From Lama guanicoe (Eukaryota): a DNA stretch of 64,000 nucleotides. Every line of letters begins with the position of its first letter. Position 1 is the first letter of the stretch. Made by a program: the position numbers and the translations under genes. Of the stretch, positions 25,836 to 41,773 are shown piece after piece. The notes beneath the pieces are model-generated. The model ran no database searches. It was not told the origin of the DNA and worked only from the letters and a program-made list of their open reading frames with translations. Location of the stretch: positions 744,001-808,000 of the forward strand of contig MU056756.1 of NCBI GenBank assembly GCA_013239625.1. The letters run 5' to 3'.

Positions 25836-28800
25836 TGGGCCTTCCCAGGGTGTGGTGGCCGTCTGTGCTCCTGCTGGAGGATGGAGAGGCGTTCGAGCAG
25901 AGTGGGGAGTGGGGTGAGAGATGAGGGCGGAGGAGACAGGGAAACAGATGGCGCGTGCCTCATTTACCAGCCTAAGGAGTTTGGACTTTGAGAATAGCTG
26001 TTATATAAAAGCTTTCTTTAGAAAGGAATTTCTCAGTAATTTTACTTCTCCCAGAAGGTTCACCGCACTGTCATTCCCCTAAATCACGCCCACCCGGGCA
26101 GAGCAGTCGGAGCCATCCCCTCCACGATCTTCCCCGCCGCCTCCATCTGCTTTACGCTCAGAACGGGGTGCGGGCAGATGCCGTCACGAGAATTCTGCTC
26201 ACAGGATGCGCCGGGCAGCCGGCCAGACGTGCGGGCTCTTTGTGGGCATTTGTCATCCCAGCACGCGGACGCAGCAGAGCCAGCTGCTTTCTGGTCAAAA
26301 CTGGTGACGGACAGAAGGACTCCGGGCTTCGGGCCTGGGACTTCCCAGCGTGGCCGCTGGAGCCCGGCCGCGGGGCCCCTTTCTGGGCCCTCCACCTTCT
26401 AAGAGCTGGGCTGGTGGATTGTATGACGTTGGTGAAGTTCCATCTCTTCCTCTTTGGAAAAGCAGGGCTAAAACGGTGCAACCCCACAGAAGGGCTGCTG
26501 GTGAGGGTCCCGTGTGTCGGTGACCGTGGTGCCTGCAGGGCAGACGGAGCAGGTGCGCCTGGTTCGTCACCACTTGGGCACTCAGGGCACCTTACAGCCC
26601 AGCGAGTCCTAGACACGTGCTTCACGAGGAAGAAATTAAAGCTGCAGGATGCGGCCTGGTGGAGTGGGCTCTGGTGAACCTCGCTTTGCCTCCTGAAGGA
26701 CATCACTTACCCACTTAAGTATTCCACACACCAGACCCCCACCCACCCCTGAACCTCACACAGCACATGGCCTAGACCTGGCTTTGGCCGCAGACAGACA
26801 CCAAGGGCGTGAACTCCTCCACATCGGCACCGGCTTCTAGCACCAGACAGCGGAGCCCCTGAAGTGGCATTTAGAGTTGTGGATGTCGCTTCCTCGTGGC
26901 GGCTTTGGACCGTGTCGTTGCAGGCACGCCGCTCTGATGGTCTTCCTGGGGCTGCCCCGTGGCCCAAAAAGTGAACGAGGACCCTGGAGCGAGGTCAGCG
27001 GCTGCCCTCCCCAGCCTTGTGTGTGCGGCTCGTTAAGTGGTTCCCAGAGAGGAAAGCGCCCTGGAAAGTGGCATTTGCAGGAGCAGCCGAAGCCAGTGAG
27101 CACATCCTACCACCCGACCAGTGCTGAGGCCCCTGCCAGGGTCCCAGACTCGATGAAGGGCCTCCGCTCTGTGTTTTCGTTGCGAATTAACCCCAGACTC
27201 AGTGGCTGTTCACCGAGTGGGCGGAGGGGTTCTGGTGTGGGGGGGCCTCAGCGGGCGGGGCACGGGGACTCTGGCATCACAGGCGTGTGGCTGGACACGC
27301 GGACGGGACGCTAGACGGGCGAGGACACTGGGGAGGAATTCCTTACGAGGCGGTGGCAGAGTGCACGTAAGCGTCCTGCGTCTGCTCATTAATTCAGAAA
27401 AAAGCTGCCTTCACTATTGGAAAGGGAGAGCCCCTTTAGCAACCTCTATCGTTACAATGAGGCATATTTAATTTTAAATCATCTAATTTCCACATTATAT
27501 GTGTAAATAATGTCCGCCTTAGGATGTCATACTCAATCCTTTTTTGAAAATTGACATTAATAGTGAAGAAATTCATAGAAAGGGCTTTAGAAAACCCCAC
27601 TTAGGCACTTACAGTGTCAAGAAGAAACGTGTGCTCTTTGTGGGAAATGCTACCTAAGTTACATTTAAAGAAAATGAGTCCCTGTTAGAATTCCCACTGC
27701 AGCTGGGAAGGGCCCTGTTAGCACCACTCCGTACCTACCCCGACAGGGCCGCCCCGTTACTACGCTGGGCTCAGGTGTTGTCTTCCTCGGTTGTGACAGG
27801 CCCCAGAAGCCGGGCCCAGGGGAGCAGCCCTCCCGCCGCCTGGGTCAGGCGCGGAGGCTGGTTATCTCACCACCACCAGGATGTGCCGCGCACAGAACCC
27901 TCCCGGAGCCTCTGGGGGCAGTTCTGATTCCAGGGCCAACCGCAGAGCGAGGCGGACGTCCCTCCGGAAACCGGGGACTGCAGGTCCAAGCAAGTCCGCC
28001 CCTGTCTCAGCAACGTGGAGGACTGTGATACTGTGGGCTGACTCTTCCCCACCTATTTTAAGGCCAAATCAGAGTAATGGGTTATTTGGGGGAAAAAAAG
28101 ATACAGCTATTAATGTCGAGTTCCTTTAACACGTTTGAACAAGGAAATGGCCCTTCTACGTGGTTCCCTCTCTCTCTGGGGGAATCTGACCGTCTGTCCT
28201 GCAAGGTGGGTGGGGGCCGGGACCTGCTGCTCTGCAGAACCGTCCTTCAGAAAGCGGCACCATGGGGCGGCCTCCCAGCTCGTGGACCCAGCGTCAGTGA
28301 CAGATGGCCTTGCCCACCTGACAGCATTCACCCTGGCCGATGTGTGGTGGGCGCGGGCCCCTGACCGGGTCGCTGGGCGCACAGCTGGCCGTCAGTGTGT
28401 GGCCGTCACGGTTGGACTGGGGGGGACTGTGGCTGTGCCAGGGTCTGGGCTGCCCCCGGCTCCGCCAGCCTGCTCTGTGCCCCACGCCGGGGGCGCCTGG
28501 GGGCCGGCGAGAACGGGGCTGTTTTTGTTTCATTGTGGAGATGAAGCCTCTGCTTGCTGAAGCGAAGACAAAATACACAGTCTGCCTGGTTCTCTCAGGC
28601 TGTAGGCTGATTCTGTGGCGCTTTTAAAACACGAGAGTTCCAAACTTAGGCTTTTAAAATGTGTCCCATCCTGTGTGTTCCTTTGGGTCTGTGATGACTT
28701 CCGTGAAGAGGAGTCTTGTGGGTTGGGCTGGGAAGTTCTGAAACCCTTTTCCAGGCCAAAAAAAGAAAAAAATACTAGTTATTTTTCTGAGCTCCAAGGT

Positions 28801-30429
28801 CTTCTCTACTACACAGAGAAAGTGTGAAAAGAAAGAAGCAAATAAGGGGGCCGGTTCTCTGACTTTATTTCAGACATTAAGGTTCATGTGCATATTGGGG
28901 TAAGATATGGAAATCTGTCTTAATTTTTATCAAATTTTCCCTTGAGTGACTCAGCTAAAAAAGCACCTCCGGCGTTTTGGGCACACGCCAGAAACTTTGC
29001 TTGTAAAATCCGTGCAGGTTTCCAGTTGTCATCACACCCCAGTCGCCGGGGGCCAGCGTTCACTTCCAGCTCACTGGACGCAGCCTCGGCAGGGCCGGGG
29101 CACAGCTGAGTAAACATGCGAGCCCGGCGTGTCCTGCTGGCATCCCGCGGTCACTGTCAGCCCATCCCAGCATCCCCCACGCAGCTCCCACGGGTCCCAG
29201 ACAGTGCCCTGCGCATGCCGAATGCGCCCAGAAGGTTATGGTTAAAGACTCTGGAAAGGGAGAGGGAGGGGGGTGGGGGGAGAGCGAGAACTGAGTGTCT
29301 TGAGTTTCCACCTCAAAGACTGATTTCTGAGGATACCGGAAAGCTCTTTTAGTAACAGGAGCAGGAAGAACAGGGCCTGGTTCAGGTGTGTATTTACACA
29401 CGCACACACTCAAGACACACACTCAACCCAGAGCGTTTAGAGGGACCAGGTCAGTATTAAGTGTGATCAGCAGAAATCAAGAGCAGCTGGGGGAGGCGGG
29501 TGGTTAAGTGTCACCTTTCCCACCGCATCGGAGAGGTGACCCCCTGCACAACGATGAGAAGCCTGAGCTCTGCTTGGTGCAGTTTTCTGTCTGCAGCCTC
29601 TTCTGGGGAACCCAGAGCACAATGTGCTTCCCTCTTTACACGAAGCCCCCTCCCAGGCCGGGGAGTCTCAGTGAAGGCTTTGCCAATTGAGGAGGTATTT
29701 TATTGTTTTTTAAAAACACCTCGTCTCCAGGCGTTCACACCTGCCTTCACAGCACCTCCGTGGGCTTTGTTTTTTGGCTGTGTTTCGGTTTGGTCTGGAT
29801 GCTGGGCCTTTTCTTTGGCCACAGGTCTGCTATTTGGAGAGTGGCTTCCCTGGGGTTCTGGGAGACGCAATTCCACGAATGAGCAGTTCAAACAGACTTC
29901 AGAGTTGGAGCCTCTGAGGCCAACTCCAGAGAAGAGCCCTCAGCACCCTTCTGCAAATATCTGTTGTGACTGAATGTGAGACACTTGACTAGAAATGACT
30001 TCAGGAAAACTCACATAATAAAACAAACAAGGTTTCATAGACCAGTCGTGCTTTCTCGCTGAAAGTCCTTAATTTTACACACGTCTCACCGGGTTGAAAG
30101 TAGGAAATGGTGGAGATCTGACTGCTGTCGAGCTACCAAACTGGCGGTTTCCTGGGGGTCAACCCAGTGTATTTAAGGCTGAACTGGGTTCCCTTTATAG
30201 GCCTTCAAACTCAGGGGAGGAGCTGTTCTTCATACCTAGATACCTAATAACCCGTATGTCTTATTCACTGAGCTCTCCAGCCCTGAAAAGGCAAAGTCCC
30301 TGTTCCCACCAAATCTGAGTCCTGTCACCTGTAAGTTGTGGAGGGAAGTGTGGTGGGTGCCACGACACCAAATAGCCCTGCTGTGAAACGCAAATTCCAA
30401 CGGCCTCTCTCTCTCTCTCCTGTAAACAG

Positions 30430-33264
<2,835 letters not shown>

Positions 33265-36200
33265 GGTGGCCAGGGTCGCCCAGGCGTGTCCCTCTGTGGC
33301 CCTGGGACAGGGGAGGCCCCGCGGGCCGAGATCCCAACAGGGAAGCTGGAGTTGGGCCACGGCAGCGGAGGCGGGGAGGGAGAGTTGTGGGGTGGGCGCT
33401 GCCCACGGGGTCACTGAAACACGTAGATGGTAGAAGCTTGTCGCAGGGCCTTGAAGACCTTTTGCAGAACTGTGTTAAGGTCCGCTTCGCTCATCTGCAC
33501 TCCTCTCGCTTTGCTTCGCTTAGTGGGGGTGGATGGTGTAAGACGAAGGGTATGTGCAAATAGGTACCCTTACAAATAACATACAAAACACCTGAGAAGG
33601 AGGAACTAGGATGCAAGATTAAGCTTCAGGGTACGGTGGGCGGGGCCCGGAGTGTACCGCGGTGGGCTGGGTGTACCCAGCATGTATTCCGGGTGTACTG
33701 GGGTGTCCCAGGGGTTGCTGGCAGAGTGGCCAGGAGGCCAGGCTTGAGTTCTGTGGGTGCAGTGTGGCCACTGCAGGATGAGAAGGCTCCAAGGCCCAAG
33801 AATTGAGGTCCTAAATTAGGCCAACGTGAACTGTATTAGTGGAATCACTGAAAGAGGGTCATGTGTCTTTTGGCTTGAGGCTTAAAATTACAACTGATAA
33901 GAACGTAACTTCCACGGGTTCAGTATTTTCCAGTTAAAGGGTGGTCGTAGTTATGCTCGGTGATAGGATAACGACATGCTGTTGTTTGAGTTTTAATCTC
34001 TGGTGACTGGACGTTTGCTGCAGAGCATGTCTTCAGGGGGAAGCTGGCAGCAGACATGGGTGCTGGTCTGTTTCAGAGGGAGCGCCAGGACCACCAGGTG
34101 CACTCGGCCGTTTTCACGTTTTAAAGGGGCTCTGGGAGAGTAGTGTTCCCCCCAGAGAAGGTTGCAGTCCTTTCTGTTTGAGAGTTCTAAAGGGAAACCC
34201 GCATGCACAGTTTGAACCCACTCCCTATGATGTTCTGAATGTGAATCCTGTGACTCTGATGAGGGAAGTTCCGTTTCTGCAAGCATTGTTCAGAGAAAAC
34301 GTGGCAGAGTGCCAAGGAGCAGGTTGACCTATGGGGAAGTAATGTGTATTTAACATGCAGTTTAGCAGGTAAGCTACATTTTCCTAATTGTAGGAAAATA
34401 TCTTAATAGAGTTAACTTGAAATTAACAGGGCACAAGGACCCACCCCCTCATTTGTTACAGCATTTTACTTTCCAAGTAGGTATGGACAGGGCTTCCTGT
34501 TTATTAAGACTTCTATGATACAGTACCCACTCATCAACAGAGGCAAACTGATTTGGGTTCTGAGTCCAATCACTTTTTTATTACAGTCAGAAAAGCACAC
34601 GTGGAACATGACTGGCGAGTAAGAAGGTGAGGTCACGTGCACCTGACTGGCTGACCCGTGAACCCAGCGACGGGAGCTTAGCTCTGTGCCAGTCCGGGGG
34701 TAGATGGGAAGTAGGTTATGCTTTTTAGAGGGTCTGTGGCTATGAAAGCCATCTGTTCAGCGTGGTGAGGAAGGACGCCATGGATCACGCCTGTGCTCCA
34801 GGACCAGGCGGTACCATTGCAGCCCGAGTGCGTCCTGCTGACTTGTGTGCCTGCCCACGCCTGCTCTTGCCAGGAGACGGTGTCTTCACAGCTTGGTTCA
34901 TTGTCTTAGGAAAGGAAAACTGGCCTCCTGTCACCCGACTTCTTTGGCTTCTTTGTCGCAGTCAACTGGAGACATAGTTGGAGAAAAAGAGTTGAGATCT
35001 AACAGAAATAAGTGATGTTCTTTTAAAGACACGAGTGTTTCTTGCGGCCGTACATTTTTACTCTGGACCTTCAGCACTTTTGGTAAAACTTTCATGTGAA
35101 ATGGAACCAAGCTAGTATTTTCGTTCCTTCAGTATCAACCCCATGAAGTATCATCACCGTGATTTCACTTGGGAAATCATTCCTATGACGTTTACCATTT
35201 AGAAGCGGGAACGGGCTTCCCTTAGGGTGGGAGGCGTGTTAGACGTCGGTGGACAGCTGAGTGATGGCGAGCCCAGCCGGAGTGCTGTCTGTTACTTCAT
35301 CCTTTGGTTGAATGTCTGTATACACAGAGCACCTCTTCCTCTGGGAGCTGGTCCCGGAGCGCCTGGGGTTTGTCAGCCTGAAATACCCAAGGAAGCCTAG
35401 ACTGGAGAGGGTGCAGAACCTTAGAGACCGGGTTTCTGATAGTGACATCACCGAGAACAAGCCCTGAGGACCTGGCGTGCTGTGAGAGCCAGATCGCTTT
35501 GCTTTCCGGGGGCAGTACCTGGGGTGTGGGGCCAGGAGGTGTGCACCAGTTAAACACGTGGAAAAGCCACCCCTCCCAAGATCGCTGGTTTGGAGGACTG
35601 CTGGGGGGAGGGGCAGGCATGGCCGAGACTGGCCGCAGCTCTGAGGTTCCCAGGAAGCACCTCGTTATGTTCAGTGTGGTGTGCTAAGTCTGCTTGCAGC
35701 TCTGCGTGGGGAAACAGTCAGGGCAGAAATACTCTTGATCTTGGATCAGTGAAGAGGCAGATGAACCTAACACACTGAGGACGGCCATCCACAGTTCTCA
35801 CGAAATTAAGCTGTGCATGCACACTGACACGTCCAGGCCCCGGAACGAGCAGTGGCATTTTAAGGGGAGAGTGTTATTCAGGGAAGCGTCCTCTCGCGGT
35901 TAGCTGACCAGCCGTGACTTGGGTATTGTCAGTCGGGGTTCATTCAGAGCCCAAGGGAACGGGGCTAAGATGCCTTCATTTTCTGTCTGTCTTCACTCTT
36001 GGTCTTGGGGCCCACCCAGCACCAGCCTGGACTCGTGGCTGCGTTTGGGACTTGGCGACTTGACTTCTGACTCTGTGGCCACACTTGTTTCTTTTTCCTC
36101 AAAGAGAATGAACGCTGTGGGGGTTCGTTGGCTGCTGAGTTAAAACTCCTACCTGGATCAGTTTTGCTGCAAATACTTACAAACACGAGTCACCTGCTCC

Positions 36201-36696
36201 ATTTCTGTTAATTTCTGTGATCCCTTAGTGATCCTGGTAGCCCCTGTTTAACCCGCTGGTCTCTTGGGTAACTTCCTGAGAAAGATTCTGAAACGGCATG
36301 TTTTTGGTTCTTTGCCTTTCCCTGAGGTTCAGATGGTCTCAGGACATAGTCTGTGTTAACACCTTCCTGGGCTGAATGTAAACAGAACCGCTGTTTCGTA
36401 TTGTCTTGCTTTAGGTGCTTTCCTAGCTTCCAAAATGTTTTATTTTGGTGTTAAAAAAAAATCAGAGTTCTGATTTCCCCCTTCCCTCTGCAGTGGCATT
36501 ATTCCAAGAAGATGGTAGGGTCTGAGGTGGAAGTGCGCACGCGTCCCGGTTGCATCTGCATTCCTGCCGGCGGCGTGTTTCTCCAGGCTCTCCCCGTCCA
36601 GAAGGGCGCCTGGACCACGTGGCGCCAGCTCTCCGCGCAGCCACGGGCAGGTGGGCACTGTCTCCGTGCTTGGGGAACTGGTTTGAAATGAAGGGA

Positions 36697-36913
36697 AATA
36701 AAAGGCTCAACGTGTTCTCATGCGAGATGAAAACTCCCCCAAGGCTTCTTAAAGCTCTGCACGGGCCCCGGAGCTGCCGGGGTTAAAGACACGTCACACC
36801 CGTTGAGAGACAGCCCAGGCGGCTGACACTGTCTGCGTCACGTGCGGATCAAGGCCCGGCACCCATCCCGTAAAACCGTGTCTGTCTGTCTGTCTGTGCC
36901 AAGGTGAAATAAA
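36697..36913 (+). terminator. KBTBD11: Candidate KBTBD11 polyadenylation signals (AATAAA at 36697 and 36908)
   Basis: Two canonical hexamers 3.4-3.7 kb after the stop, each followed by GT-containing sequence; consistent with a long 3' UTR. Confidence 0.5.
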
Positions 36914-38983
36914 TCGCTGGGTGATGCCAGTGCTCCTGAAATGTGTGCAGCTGTGTCTTCTCTCAGGAGCAGAGCCCTGGGTGGGGGGTGGGGATCCCCT
37001 CCGGGAGCCAGCTGGCAGGGGGCTTGGAGACTCTGGCCAGACCTGCAGGCGCAGGGTGGGAGCCCCCGTCTGTAAATGAGGAGTTTGGTGACTCCTGAGC
37101 GTCCTTCCAGGTGCCAGTGCTAAGGAAGGGAGTCTCCACGTACTCGTCAGGTGTGTCTGGACACCTCTGCCCTCGCCGTCCCCTCCCTGTCCCCATGGCC
37201 AGCAGGTAGCAGCCCCTCTGGCTGCAGTGTCTCCTGGAGGGGCCGTGAGATGTGATGCTGGCCGTGGGCCAGGACGGTTGATGTGGCCACGGCAGGAAAT
37301 GGGAGCGAGGTTTGGGAGGAAGAAGTTTCCTGCACGCTCACGTCCCGGAGCGGGGTCGGCACACACCTGGTTTGGGTCAGGGCACAGAACAGCCTTTACT
37401 GGGGTCCCCGGGAAGGGCAGGCGGTGGGCGAACAGCTGGGCGCTGGCCTCTGTGAATGATCCCGGGGCCGTCGGGGTCTGGGGCCTGCCCTGGGTGGCCA
37501 GGCAGGGGAGGTGCTGGCTCACGTGAGGCTGGGTCGGGGGTGGCTGAATCTGGTTCTGTGTCAGAGACGTGCTCGCTGCCCTTTGCTGTCTCTAAGGAAG
37601 CCGGGGCCCTGGGAGGGGGGTCTCTCCTGGGTCAGAACACCATCCAACAGAGGAAATAAGGAACGTGGCCCACGCAGCTGGGGACCCCACTGCCCCAGCC
37701 CCCAGAGTGGGCTAGAGTCCCTGTGGGCATGTCAGGTGAGCATCGGGGCATGTTCACCCAGTTTCCCTGTGTTCCTCTTCCTGAGCGGCCCCTCATTCCA
37801 CAAAAACCCCAAAGTGCCCCAGAAAGGGGCAGGAGGGGATTTCCACCCCAAGTTCAGAGAAAATGGAGAAATGGGCTCAGTGGTCAGACAGACAGACACT
37901 GACCAGCACGGGAGGGAGAGGATGTGGGTTTGGGCGGATTGGCCGGGCGGCTTGTGCCCTGGAATCAGCCCGCTGTGGCCTTGTCCTCAGTGCATGTGTG
38001 ACACATATTTAAATTCTGTGTCTGTTGTGGTGGCCTGGCATCTCAAAACCCTCCTGCCTGGGGCGAGACGGCCCCTCCTGTCAGCAGAGGCCCAGCCAGG
38101 GGACGCCTGTGACAGATGCCAACAACCCAGCCAGGCCGGGCTCCTGTTGAATACATCGCCACTGAGCAAAGAGCTTAGAAGCTGCAGGTCTTGTGGCTGA
38201 ACGTCGGTGTCCACAGGGCACTCGACATCCCTTGTCTCCACCAGGCTCTTCGGGCATTTGTGGGGCAGGACTGTTACGGGCCCCAGAGTGACATCCAGCG
38301 CGATGAGGTCATTTCAGAGCCATCACCTTTTGCAGAGTATTAAGGACACCCTCCCCTTTCCTACCTCACTCGCCCTTCGCAGGTGTCCCCACAGGGGACA
38401 ACCTGCCTACAGCGGACCCCAGACACAGGTCCACATTCACAGGGCGGCCGGTACTCCAGCCCAGGTGTAAGTGACCCCAGAGTCGTACACACTGTCCCCC
38501 TCTGTGGGTGACCAGGGAAGGGGACTCCTGAGCGCCTTGGAAGTTTCTCCAAATGTGGGCCGGCAGGTGCCACCCCCAACAAACGCACAGCACCTGCTGA
38601 GAGCCGGGCTCTGTCCCAGCTGTCAGGCTGCCCAGTGACCAGGTGGCAGCCCACAGGTCAGCCCCTCGGAGATGAGGGGAAACCCCACCTGCACCCCAAG
38701 GAGGTGACGAGCCTCCTTCCCCGGCTGCGACCTGCCCGCCGTCCACTCCTGCGGTCCAGGGATCAGCGTTCGTTCAGGAGTCAGTCATGAGCGGGGCCTT
38801 CGTGTTCGCAGCGGCCGAGCAGCAGCAGCGGTGCCCGGGTCAGCACGTCCGGGTGTGGTGTCTGCACAGGCCGGCCGGCAGGTGCGAGAGGCCGGCAGGT
38901 CCAGGGGCGGAGGCACCGGGTGATGGGGGCCCTCATCCCCTGTGCTGTGGACGGGGACACTGACTGTGACTCCGCAGGTAAAG

Positions 38984-39598
38984 GTGGTCCTGCTGCCCAG
39001 CCTGGGCGCTGTGCCCAGGGCCCTCTCGCTGATGTAGTGAGGGCTCACAGGGCCCAGGATGACCTGGGACGACTATGTGCTGACCGTGGACCAAGCCTCA
39101 CTCTCCAGAGTCCAGGTTCTCAGACTGATCCTCGGACGGTGGCAGCAAAGAACAGAACATGAGAGAAAAGTCCCTCAGAGCTGCCCTTCGTCTCAGAGAG
39201 ACCCTGAGGGGAGCTGCCGCCGCGCCGCCTGCTCCTGCCCGTGGGCTCACTCAGTCGGTCCACAGCCATCTCCAAGTCTTCTGGGCACTCGAGCTCTGGG
39301 CTGCCCCAGTCACCCCTCTGTCAGCACCATGGGGCCCGGAGGCGCACAGGACACCTGGCTGGGTCTGGCTCTGTCTTCACTTCATCTGAGCCCCGGGGAC
39401 CCCGTCCTCCTCTCCAGGCCTGCTCCTGTCTTGCTCCTGCTCTGGGCCCTTCCGAGGCCCTTCCCTCCCCGCACCCCGCAGTGGCCTGAAGGCTCTTTCT
39501 CGTCTCCACGCATGGCCTGTGCTCCCGGACCCTGCGAGCCCTTGCTGCATCAGCGAGAGGGCCCTGGGCCCAGCGCCCAGGCTGGGCAGCAGGACCAC
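38984..39598. repeat. Inverted repeat: 76-bp arms (38984-39059 and 39523-39598), 463-bp spacer
   Basis: Manual alignment gives 69/76 complementary (outer 54 bp 52/54). The ORF track shows nearly the same peptide, ISERALG(T/P)APRLGSRTT, on opposite strands. Confidence 0.93.
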
Positions 39599-40022
39599 AG
39601 AGAGTGTCCAGCACGAATCTCACCCTCTGGCCTTTGTCATCACCCGGGGATGGGCCTCTCACTGTCCTACACAGACGCAGACCCTCTGGTGGCCTGCTTG
39701 TCCCCAATGGACCCAGACTCCAGCCCGGCTCACAGGGCTCCCCAGTCTGCCTCTGTCAACCTCTGCACACTGTCCCTGCTGTGCCCCCATCTTCATGCCT
39801 TTCCAGGCACTCAGGCTGTCTTGCTGGTCCTCATGTGGGTCATGCGTACATCCGTCCCACGGAGTTTACAGTGTCCTCTCTGCCTGGGCCCTCTGTCCCC
39901 ATGTCCCCTGGCTCCTGTCACCCCTGCTCACTCTTGCTCAGTCCTGCCCTGGAGACGGCCTTCCCACACCACCCTCCCCACTTCACCTCCTCCGTCCCGC
40001 CACTGTCTGTCACTCAGCGGCT

Positions 40023-40485
40023 TTGGCTTTTCTTTGTTTTATTTGAAGTATAGTTGGTTTACAATGTTGTATTAATTTCTGGTGTGCAGCACAGTGATTC
40101 AGTTGTACATACATATTCTTTTTTAGATTTTTTTCCATTATAGGTTGTTACAAAACACTGAATGTAGTTCCCTGTGCTCTACAGTAGGTCCTTGTTGCTT
40201 ATCTATTTTATATCTAGCAACGTGTGCTTACAAACCCCAAACGCCTAATCCTTCCCCCACCCCCACACTGGTAGCCATAAATTTGTTTCTGTCTGTGCGT
40301 CTTTTTCTGCTTTGTGAATAAGCTCATTCGTATCATTTTTTGAGATTCCACGTATGAGTGATGTCGTAGGATATTTGTCTTTCTCTGTCGGAATGGCTTC
40401 ACTTAGCGTGGTCACCTCCAGGGCATCCTTGCAGCTGCACATGGCCGGTTTCACTCTCTCTGTGGCTGAGTGGTGTTCTCCTTGC
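40023..40485 (-). mobile_element. Truncated L1 3' end (cetartiodactyl-type)
   Basis: T-rich tail, then TTGAAGTATAGTTGGTTTACAATGTTGTATTAATTTCTGGTGTGCAGCACAGTGATTCAG...TAGTTCCCTGTGCT...AGATTCCACGTATGAGTGAT. Confidence 0.88.
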
Positions 40486-41375
40486 TTTTCCTGGTGGCTC
40501 TTGTTACTGTCTAGCTAGGCGATGTCCCTTCTGTCACTGTCACCCGTCATGTCACATCACGTTGTTAGTGTGCTGCTGTCCTGTTACACGAGGCCTTTGC
40601 TGTCACCCGCTTAGATCAGACCTTTATCTTTGGCACAAATATCCAGTGTGCTGTGTCTTCTGATTTTCCACTTACATCGGGCCGTTGTTATCGTTCCCCA
40701 CTTAGATGTGCCTTTGTGGTTAACGTCCGGCTGTAGCAGGTCTGTTTGCTTGCTCTGGTCTGTCACCCTCACTGGAAGCCAAGCTCAGTGGAGACACGGG
40801 GGGCCTGGTCCCGCCTGCCCCAGTGCCCCCAGATTCTCGGTCAGCCTGGGACACGCAGGCACTCAGCTTGCACCTGTAGGTTTACCGGGACCACGGGCGA
40901 GTGCGTGCGTGAGACTCAGCGGGAGAGCCATCTGAGATCCTCCTACCCCGCCAGGCAGAGGGTGTGGCCCCGCCCGGACGGAGGTCACAGTACCGCAGCT
41001 CCAGGAGTGACACGGCACTTACCTGGCCATTTTGTATTTATCTACAGGAATCCACCTTCAGCACAGTCTCTAAAAGGCACGTTATGTGAGCAGGTGGGGT
41101 CCACACTGTAGTGAACAGTCTTTCTGCTGGGGCGTCTGCCAAACCCCAACTGTCACTCATGTCGCATTTGCTCCTCTCTCTCTCACCGCCCACCCCTCAG
41201 TTCTGCAGTCACCTGCCCGTGGGCACAGCGTCCTGACTTTTATAAAGACGTCCCGGGAGCTGCCGTTCCTCCCACCAGATCGAGGCTTGTGGGTGAGTTT
41301 CCTGACCTCTGAAGCCACTGAAGACAAACACAGTCGGACGTCCGTTAAGGTGGTGACAACAGATTTTATTCTGTT

Positions 41376-41773
41376 CCCACCCACAGTGGGAAGAGACAAG
41401 GGTCACTGGGAGTCATGCAGAGGTGACAGTGACTTGGGGGAGGCTGAGGGATCTGGGACAGGGGAGACCCGTAGACAGGTGGCCAGGGTCAGTCCTGCAT
41501 GTGTGAAGGGTCCACATGTCTGTAGCAGGCGGCTGCCTGAGTTAGGACTGCGCCGTCCCCAGGGCCTGGGAGACCAGCCCTTCCTTCCTGAAGATTCCAT
41601 CTGAAGGCATGGCTCTCAGGCCCTGGAGAAGGGGGCTCCTGGGTGGTGAGAGTTAAATGGGCATCTGAGGCACGGACGAAGGACTCACCCTTGCCATCCC
41701 GCTAAGGTCCCCACCCACAGTGGGAAGAGACAGGGGTCACTGGGAGCCACACAGAAGTGACAGCGACTTGGGG
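41376..41773. repeat. 64-bp direct repeat (41376-41439 and 41710-41773)
   Basis: 58/64 identical with all differences transitions; offset 334 bp. Confidence 0.9.

Noticed and set aside
33631-33712. Degenerate GGGTGTAC repeats in the KBTBD11 3' UTR
   Set aside because: Too short and irregular to define a unit or function.
39320-39340. REST/NRSF-like site TCAGCACCATGG
   Set aside because: Only the left half matches; the GACAG half is missing.
39059-40075. 338-aa ORF
   Set aside because: No domain, low complexity, and it runs into an L1 tail.
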